Source: Dehalococcoidia bacterium (lineage in GTDB: Bacteria > Chloroflexota > Dehalococcoidia > UBA2979). From it: a stretch of DNA of 64,000 nt. A program made the translations under genes and the position numbers. A model generated the notes under the pieces. The model had not been told where the DNA came from, ran no database searches, and was given only the letters and a program-made list of their open reading frames with translations. The DNA lies in assembly GCA_965219085.1 (NCBI GenBank), contig OZ244720.1, positions 1,888,001-1,952,000 of the forward strand, written 5' to 3'. Shown here piece by piece: positions 49,089 through 57,600 of the stretch (positions are counted from its first letter, which is position 1; each line of letters opens with the position of its first letter).

Positions 49089-50177
49089 CTACGCGGCCTC
49101 GCGGGCCACGGCGTGACGCAGCGGCTCGTAGACCTCCCCGCTCTTCCACAGCGCGAGCAGCAGCACCGCCAACCGCCTCGCGACGGCCACGACCGCGCGC
49201 TTCTTCGCGTTGCCCGCCCCTGTTCCCGCGTAGCGCTCACCCCAGCGACGCAGGTCGCTATCGGGTCCGAAGGGACCGAGGATGTAGTGCGCGGCCTGCA
49301 CCAGCAGCCGCCGCAAGCCCGCGTCGCCGCTCTTGCCGATGCCGAGCTGCGGCGCGCGCTCCCCTGAGTCGCGCTGCCGCGGCACGAGCCCGAGGTAGGC
49401 CCCCACCTCCCGGTTCTGCGGGAAGCGCCCCGGGTTCTCGATCGTCAGCACGAACGTGAGCGCGGTGATCGGCCCCACGCCGGTGACCTGGCGCAGCGCC
49501 GCGGTCTCGGGGTGGGCCTCGCACAACGCCTCGACCTCCCGCCCGGCCGCCGCGGTGCGCACGGTCAGCTCGCCAATCGCCTCCACCAGCGGCAGCAGCG
49601 CCGGGCGCAGCCCGTCGGGGATGTGGTCCGCCGTCTTGCGGTGAAAGGCCGCGGCCGTGCACGACGGCAGCGCGGCGCCGCAGGCCTTGACGGCCCCGCG
49701 CACGTGGTTGATGAGCAGCGTCCTCGATCGCACCAGCGCGTCGCGGGCGCGCACCACGGCGAGGTCGTGCTGACTCTGCTCGCTCCTGTGGCGGATCGGG
49801 GCGAGCAACTCCGGGTCGAAGCGCCCCAGCCGCGCCAGCCACGCGGCGTCGAGCCGGTCGGTCTTGCGCTGGCTGCCGGCGATCAGCGCGACCTGGCGAG
49901 GGTTGGCGACGACCACCTCATGGCCGAGGTCCGCCACGACGCGGCTCAGCCACGGCGAGCGCGGCCCCGCCTCGAGCACGACCCGCGCCGGGGAGAGGCC
50001 GGTCAGCGCTGCGCCCAGCGCCGCAGCCGCGGTGCGGACGCGCCGCTCGCGTATCACCTCCCCGCCGGCGCCGAGGGCGTGGACGTGCGTGTAACGATCG
50101 CCCACGTCGAGGCCGACGGTGATGGCGGGCCCATCCTTGCCTTCAATGCTCCGCGTCGTTGCGATATGCTGCTGCAT
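49089..50177 (-). CDS. IS110 DEDD transposase/recombinase
   Basis: VGLDVG, VVLEAG, KTDRLDA, GVGPITA, AYLGLVPRQRDSG; intact 362 aa. Confidence 0.92.
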   Translation of the reverse strand: MQQHIATTRSIEGKDGPAITVGLDVGDRYTHVHALGAGGEVIRERRVRTAAAALGAALTGLSPARVVLEAGPRSPWLSRVVADLGHEVVVANPRQVALIAGSQRKTDRLDAAWLARLGRFDPELLAPIRHRSEQSQHDLAVVRARDALVRSRTLLINHVRGAVKACGAALPSCTAAAFHRKTADHIPDGLRPALLPLVEAIGELTVRTAAAGREVEALCEAHPETAALRQVTGVGPITALTFVLTIENPGRFPQNREVGAYLGLVPRQRDSGERAPQLGIGKSGDAGLRRLLVQAAHYILGPFGPDSDLRRWGERYAGTGAGNAKKRAVVAVARRLAVLLLALWKSGEVYEPLRHAVAREAA

Positions 50178-50606
50178 GGCCGGTCTCCTACCTCGTCAAG
50201 GCTCTTCCGAGCCGCTCTTGGCCCATCGAGGCCGCTGTTTCAGGGGGCGAGTATCCCCCTTGAGGAGGAGGCCGGCCCTCATGCCATCTCGGCCCCAGCG
50301 CTGGACCCTGCACCTCCCCAGGCGCTGGCCCTGGGCCGGGCAGCTGGCAGCCGCGCTCGCGCGACTACGGGCGTTACCGCTCCCGGCCTGACGCCCCCTC
50401 ACAGCGCCGGCCCGGGTCCGAGGCTCGCGCCAGCACGCCCGCGCACGCCTCGCGCTCCCGCGCGCTCGCGCCCTCAGCGCCCCCGAGCCGCGCTGAGCGA
50501 CGGCTCCTCGCTCCGGCACCGCCCGGCGAACGCCGGCGCACCCGCCGAACTCTCCGCCAGCCGGCATCCCGCCCCCTCAAGCTTCGATCGGTGTATCCGG
50601 GTTTAG

Positions 50607-51784
50607 GGATGGTCTGAACAACTCGCCTGAGCGGGTGAGCGGATGCGATCATGGGGTGCGGACCCGGAGAGAGGCGCCCCATGCAGCAGCGTTCGTTCGG
50701 CAGCGTCGAGTACGAGCACAAGAAGGTCAAGACACGGCGGCAGACGTTCCTCGAGCGCATGGACAGGCTCGTCCCCTAGGCTGAGCTGGAGCAGCGCATC
50801 GCGCCCGTCTACCCGAAGCCGGGCCGCGGACGCCGTCCCTACCCGCTGCGCGTGATGCTGCGCATCCACTGCCTGCAGCTCTGGTTCAATCTCAGCGACC
50901 CCGGCATGGAGCAGGAACTCTACGACTCCCGCTCGATGCTCGAGTTCGCCGGTCTCAGCCTCTCCGAGCCGATTCCCGATGAGACGACGATCCTCCATTT
51001 CCGCCACCTACTGGAGCGTCATCAGCTGGGAACGGCGCTGTTCGCGACGATCAACGCGCATCTGGCACGGCAGGGGCTGCAGGTGCGCGAGGGGACGATC
51101 GTCGACTCCACGATCATCAGCGCGCCGTCCTCGACGAAGAACCGGGAACGGGCGCGCGACCCCGAGATGCATCAGACCAGCAAGGGCCGGCAGTGGTTCT
51201 TCGGGATGAAGCTGCACAGCGGCACGGATGCGCGGACGGGGCTGGTCCACAGCCTGCACACGACGGCGGCGAACGTCTCCGACGTGAGCGAGGCGCATCG
51301 CCTGTTGCACGGCGCTGAGAGCGCGGTGTGGGGCGATGCCGGCTACCAGGGAGTGGAGAAGCGCCCGGAGCACGCGGGGTCGGAGCTGAGCTGGCAGGTG
51401 GCGATGCGCCCGGGTCTCAGGCGGCGGCTGGCGCCGGGGGGCGCTGAGGCGCAGGCGGAGCGGCGGAAGGCCTCGCTGCGAGCGAAGGCGGAGCATCCGT
51501 TTCTCTACGTGAAGCGGCACTTCGGATACGCGAAGGTGCGCTACCGGGGTCTTGAGAAGAACCGCCAGCGTCTCGCGCTGCTGCTCGGCTTCGCGAACCT
51601 GTTGCGAGCCGAGCCTCAGCTCGCGTGATCGCGGGAGCGCTGCGTCCGGAATCGCTCGTGCGGGCGATCCCGCAGCGGAATCGGGGCGGGATCGCCCCCT
51701 GAACCGCGGCAACGGCCCCGCAGCGCAGCGCGGTACGCCGATCGACCCGCACCGCGCCCGATACGCCACCTGTTCAGATCATCC
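50607..51784 (+). mobile_element. IS5-family element; transposase 50681-51628 with premature TAG (~50777)
   Basis: IRs ggatggtctgaaca / tgttcagatcatcc; flanks TTAG / CTAG; MLRIHCLQLWFNLSD, IVDSTII, WFFGMKLH, WGDAGY, VRYRGL. Confidence 0.88.
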
Positions 51785-51785
51785 C

Positions 51786-52967
51786 TAGTGTCCTGAGTTG
51801 TTAACGCGATAAACAAGCGGGTATGATGTTGGTACAGCGGGGTGTTGCCCGTGTGGGGCAGACGCTGGAGTGTCATGAGTACCCGACTTGGCCGGCCGAC
51901 GGTGGCGGTTGTACTGAGCGACGATGAGCGTGAGACGCTGGAACGGTGGGCGCGCCGACCGACATCAGCTCAGGCGTTGGCGCTGCGCTGCCGGATCGTG
52001 CTTGCTGTGGCAGAAGGGACCCCGAATACCGAGATCGCCGCGGCGCTTGGTTGCCATCCGGTGACCGCGGGCAAATGGCGCAGACGCTTTGCGCAGCGGC
52101 GGCTCGATGGACTGAGCGATGAGCCGCGCCCCGGTGCACCGCGCACGATCAGCGACGCCCAGATTGAAGCGGTGATCGTCAAGACACTGGAAGAACAACC
52201 GCACAACGCGACGCAGTGGTCGACCAGATCGATGGCCGCCGCGGTGGGGATGTCGCAGACGGCGATCTCCAAGATCTGGCGCGCCTTTGGCCTCAAGCCA
52301 CACCTCGTGGAGCACTTCAAGCTGTCGCCGGACCCGCAGTTCATCGACAAGGTGCGCGACGTGGCTGGACTCTATCTCAACCCACCGGAGGCAGCGGTCG
52401 TCTTGTGTGTTGACGAGAAGACCCAGATCCAGGCACTCGACCGCACCGCCCGATGCTGCCGATGATGCCGAGCGTTCCGCGACGCCAGACCCACGACTAC
52501 GTCCGTCACGGCGCCACCAATCTCTACGCGGCGCTTGACGCCGCCTCGGGCCACGTGATCGCGGACATGACCCCGCGACACCGTGCCCGGGAGTTCAAGC
52601 AGTTCCTCACCCTCATCGACCGCAGCGTGCCCGACGAACTCGCGATGCATGTCGTGTTGGACAACGTCGCCACGCACCGCACCCCGGAGATCCAGCGCTG
52701 GCTGCGGCGTCATCCCCGGTTCACGTTTCATTTCACCCCGGCCTACAGCTCCTGGATGAACCTCGTGGAGCGCTGGTTCGCGGAGCTCACCACCAAATGG
52801 CTCAGGCGCGGCACTCATCACGGCGTCGCTGACCTGATCCGTGCAGTGGAGGCCTGGGTCGCCGACTGGAACGAGCACCCGCGCCCCTTCATCTGGCACA
52901 AGACCGCCGACCAAATCTTCGACAACCTCACCGGATATCTCAATCGCATTCCCAACTCAGGACACTA
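51786..52967 (+). mobile_element. IS630-family element; transposase 51875-52968 frameshifted at ~52452
   Basis: IRs tagtgtcctgagtt / aactcaggacacta in a CTAG context; CVDEKTQIQALDR, VLDNVATH, SSWMNLVERWF. Confidence 0.88.
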
Positions 52968-52970
52968 GCT

Positions 52971-54543
52971 GAGGCTGTCGCACAAACCCCCGAGCGAGGT
53001 GGCATCACAGTAGGATGAGCATGGCGGCGGGGGGCGGAGTGACTCCGAGGTGCCGCCATGACCCAGCGCTTCCTGCCGTGCGAGCGTGACCAGCAATACC
53101 TGATGCCCGCCAGCCTCCGCGACTGGCTGCCCGAGGACCACCTCACGTGGTTCGTGCTCGATGCGGTCAGCCAGCTCGATCTCACGGCGTTCTACGCGCG
53201 CTACCGCGAGGACGGTTGGGGGCGGAAGGCGTACGAGCCCTCAATGATGGTCGCGCTCCTGCTCTATGCCTACTGCGAGGGCGAGCGCTCGAGCCGCCAG
53301 ATCGAACGGCGCTGCCGCGAGGACATCGCCTTCCGCGTGCTGACCGCGAACCAGCAGCCCGACCACGCCACGATCTGCCGCTTCCGCCAGCAGCACGAGC
53401 AAGCGCTGGCGGGACTGTTCGCCGGGGTGCTCAGGCTGTGCGCCGAGGCGGGTCTGTTGCGGGTCGGCGTGGTCGCGCTCGACGGCACCAAACTCCGCGC
53501 GAACGCCAGCCGTGAGCGCAACCGCACGGATGCGGAGCTTGAGGCCGAGGTGCGGCGCATCCTCGCCGAGGCGGAGCGGGTGGACGCCGAGGAGCACGCG
53601 CGCGGCGACGCGCGGGGCGACGAGTTGCCTGCGGGGTTCAGGGACCGCGGGGAGCGCCTGCAGCGGCTGCGCGAGGCGCGGGAGCGGCTGGCGGCCCGTG
53701 AGCGGGAGCGCCAGGAGGACTACGAGGAACGCCTCAGGAGCCGCGCGCAGAAGGACCGGCGCGGGCGCCGCCCGCAGCCGCCGCAGCCCGGCCCGGGTGC
53801 GAAGGTGAACGTCACTGACCCGGACAGCCGCGTGGTGCGCGACTATCACGGCTACTTCCAGGGCTACAACGTGCAGGCGGTGACGAGTAGCGACCAGATC
53901 ATCGTCGTGGCCGAGGTGACACGTGCGGCGACGGACATGCACGAACTACAGCCGATGATCGAGGCAACGAACCCCACCTGCAGGCCGCACACTGCGGGCC
54001 GCCGCGCGTGCTGCTGGCCGACGCCGGCTACTACTCCGAGGCGAACGTGCGGCAGGCCGAAGGCAGGGGTCCGGAGTTGCTGCTCGCGACCCGCAGCGAC
54101 CGCAACCGGCGCGCCCGCGCAGCGCCGCCGCGCGGGCGCATCCCTGCCGGGCTCTCCGTACGTGAACGGATGGATCGCAAGCTGGCGACGCAGCGTGGCC
54201 GGCGTCTCTACGAGCAGCGGCGCTGGATGATCGAACCCGTCTTCGGCGACATCAAGGAGAACCGCGGCATCCGCCGCTTCATGCGGCGCGGGATCGTCGC
54301 GTGCGCCAGCGAATGGAAGCTGATCGCCGCCACCCACAACCTCAAGAAGCTCTATCGTCGGGCGCGCCCGTCACCCCGGCCAGCGAACAGCAACCCCCGA
54401 CGAGGAGACCGGGCTACCGCCGCCGCTGCCGCGTAGCGCGCCTGCCCCGCCAGACACGACCGCTCCGCGCCAACTGCCAACTGCCAACTGCCGACCGGCT
54501 ACCCTTTTGGCACTCCGCCCACGCGACTCCGTGCGACAGCCTC
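52971..54543 (+). mobile_element. IS1182-family element; transposase 53058-54436 frameshifted at ~53975
   Basis: IRs gaggctgtcgcac / gtgcgacagcctc; DWLPEDHL, SSRQIER, PDHATICRFR, ALDGTKL, ADAGYYS, IEPVFGDIK. Confidence 0.88.
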
Positions 54544-54545
54544 AG

Positions 54546-54696
54546 CAGGGTGATGAAAAACCCCTGAAGTCGGGAAACGGAGCGTTTCGCGGCACTGCGG
54601 CGCTCGGAAAAACCCTTGAAAACAAAGGGTTTCTCGGTAGCCGCACGCAGTCGATTCCGGGCCGAGACCGTTCCAGACGACCTTTTCAGCACCCTG
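54546..54696. mobile_element. 151-bp MITE
   Basis: IRs cagggtgatgaaaa / ttttcagcaccctg; internal hairpin aaacccttg..caaagggttt; right flank CTAG overlaps the G6 stop codon. Confidence 0.7.
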
Positions 54697-57600
54697 CTAG
54701 TTCCCCGCCGCCCTGTCCCCGCCGGCGTCGCCCATGGGCGGCTGGGTGCTCTTGGCGATTAGTGGCGTGATGGACGTCAGGCCGTCGGCGAACAACTCCC
54801 TGAACTCGCCGTTCACAGAGTCCGGCGCTTCGAGGATGTAGGCGACGAACTCACCGTCGTGCAGGGCGTAGAGGGCCGTGATGTCCGAGCTCTGCGCGCA
54901 GACCACGAGAGTATCGACGCTACCGCCCTCGTAGATGACCAGGCTGAAGCCCTCGACGATGTCGCCGCGCAGGCACTCGGGCCACGGCAGCAGGGCACCG
55001 TCGCCGAGGTTCGGGTCGGTTGAAGGGGGTCCGTTGCTCCCGGCGACGAGCGGCGTGACCGGGAGAACGCCATCGGCGAACAGCTCGACGAAGGGCCGGT
55101 TCACGAACTCCGGCGCTCCGAGGATGTACGAGACGTGGACGCCGCCGTGCAGCGCGTAGAGGGCCGCGACATCGCGGCTCTCCGCGCACCGGGCCAGGTC
55201 CTCGACGCTGCCGCCCTCATAGACGACGAGGCTGAAGCCCTCGGCGATGGCGCCGCGCAGGCAGTGCGTCCAGGGCTCCGGCGTCGCCTCCCGCTCCGGG
55301 TCTCCCAGCACCACGCGGTAGCTGCGCCTGCGGCTGCCGTCCGCCGATGTGACAGTGACCGTGATCTCACCGACGCCCTCCAGCGCCACCTGGTAGCCGT
55401 TCGCTTCGTCCCCGTCGGCGTCGACCGGATCGATCTCGACCACTGCGCGTCGCTGCACCGCGGATGCCTCGACCGCTGTCTCAGTCACGCCCTCGCCCGC
55501 ACTGCCCTCGTAGTCGATCCTGCCGGGGTCGAACTCCCCGAAGTCGACGCCGCTCAGGGTCAGCGATGCGAGGCGGGCGTCGATGGCGTCCGGCATGTTG
55601 TAGCTGTAGACCTTGTCGTCGCTCTCGTCGGCCACGTACATGACGTCGCCGTCGGACCAGATGCCGCGCGGGCTGTTGTTACTAGCCCGGCTCAGCACCG
55701 TGTTGGGGAACTCCTCGTCGCGGTTCCGATCGAGTTCGTCCTCGCCGTCTTCGCCTGCCTTGAGCCGGTAGGCGAAGAGCCGCTTCTCGCCATGGTCGGA
55801 GACCCAGAAGGTGACGCCGTCGAAGAAGAGGCCGTGGGGATCGCCGTTGGCAGAGGCGAGGGCGTACTCGGCGAGCTGCTCGCCGCCTGCGAGGTCGTAG
55901 GCGAAGAGACTGTCCTTCCCCCCATCCAGCACCCACATCGTCTCGCCGTCGGACCAGATGCCGCGGGGGTCGGCGTTGCGGTCGTCGAGTTCGATGTCGC
56001 GTTCGGGGAGGCGCTCGCCGGTCTCGAGGTCGTGGGCGAAGAGGCGCTCCTGGCCGCTGTCGGAGACCCAGAGGACCTGGCGGTCGGACCAGACGCCGCG
56101 GGGAGCGCGGTTGCGCTCGTCGAGCTCGAACTCGCGCTCCTCGATGCGTTCGCCGCTCTGGAGGTCGTAAGCGTAGATGGCGTCGTCGGCGCCATCGCCG
56201 TTCTCGGCGATCCAGAGCACGGCGCCGTCGGACCAGGCGCCGGTGGGCGAGTCGTGGGTCGAGTCGAGCGCCTCGATGTCGCGCTTCACCGTCCACTCGA
56301 AGTCGACGATGCTCGGCGAGGGCCCGGACGGTCCCCCGCCGCCACCACCGCCTCCGCCACCACCGCCTCCACCGCCGCCGCCGGGATCACCGCCGCCGCC
56401 GGTGGTGATCGCCGTGCCGGCCGTGACGGTGATGGTCAGGTCGGTGCTCGCTGCCCCGCCCTTCTGGTCGTCGGCGGTGACTGTGGCCGTGTACGTGGGC
56501 CGCGTGGCGGCGTCCAGCACCGTCCCGGGACGGACCGTGACCTGGCCCGTGTGCTCCTCGATCTCGAAGTCCACAGCAGCGGCGCCGGTCAGCCGGTAGG
56601 CGAGTGTGTCGGCGTCTACGTCCGTGGCGGTGACCGGCGCGCCGACATTAGCCCCGGGCTGTGCGTTCTCGGAGACAGAGCGCTCGGCCGTGGCTGCACG
56701 GAACTCCGGGGGGTCGTTCACCGACCGAATGGTGACCGAGACCGTGCCCTCATCGGAGAACATCCCGTCTGAGACGGTGTAGGTGAAGGCGTCGGCGCCG
56801 TGGTAGTTGGGCTTCGGCGTGTAGCTGATGGTGTCGTCCGTCTCCACCGTCGCCAGGCCGTTGCCGGGCCAGTTGCGCAAGCTGACGGTCAGGTCGTCGT
56901 TCTCGGGGTCGTCGTCGTTGGTGAGGACATCGATGGTCACCGCCTCGTCCTCGTCGGTAGCGCCCGTGTCGTCGACCGCCTCCGGGGCCTCGTTCACGTC
57001 GGTGACGGTGATGTCGACGACGATGCTGTCGGTGACGTTGGATGAGTCGGTGGCGGTGACGGTCACGGAGTATGCGACTCCCGATTCGAAATCCAGCAGG
57101 GTGCCCTCACGCACCCGGATCTGGCCGCTGCCGCCGTCGACGGTGAAGGAGTCCACGTCGCCGGCAGTGAGGGCGTAGGTCAGCGCGCCGGCGTCGGTGG
57201 CGGTGACCGGTTCGCCGACTGCGGCTCCCGGGGCCGAGTTCTCGTCGACGGAGCGCGTCGTGCTCGCGCCGGGGAACTGTGGGGGGCTGTTCGTCTGCGG
57301 CGGCTCCTGCGTCCGGTGGTCCGAGTCTTCCCGCACGCTCTTGCCGTCGCCCTCCCCGTCGCCGTACGAGGCGGTAGCCCGCAGGTAGTGGTTGAGGTCG
57401 GCCTCGACCGGCGCGTAGGAGCGAGTCCCGGCCCCGCCGATGGCCGACCAGGTGCTTCGGTTCTGCGAGCGCTCCCACGTCCATGAGCGGCCGGTGATGC
57501 CTCCGTCCGGATCCGTCAGGCTCGCCGTGAGGACGGCTCCTACCTGCGGCTGCTCTGAGGACAGGCGGAGCGTTCCCGGTTCTTCCTCGTTCGTGACGGT

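Larger units (their letters stand above)
48775..50289 (-). mobile_element. IS110 family (IS1111-like) element
   Basis: Sub-terminal IRs atgagggacggtct / aggccggccctcat; CT core at both junctions; ~310-bp non-coding end 3' of the transposase. Confidence 0.85.
47440..50601 (+). mobile_element. IS1380-family element, interrupted by IS110
   Basis: IRs ccctgatccaccga / tcggtgtatccggg (12/14); TTTAG duplication at 47435-47439 and 50602-50606; transposase from ATG 47550 to ~48774 (IDLDST, RADSGF, IENAIRDLK); C-terminus RWTLHLPRRWPW..LRALPLPA* at 50290-50391. Confidence 0.85.

Noticed and set aside
52440-52465. Programmed frameshift in IS630
   Set aside because: No slippery A-run at the site; looks like a single C loss in gcc-ccg.
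56335-56402. (CCG/CCA)n microsatellite-like runs (also 28268-28300)
   Set aside because: They encode poly-Gly linkers with mixed codons; in-frame and not a switch.
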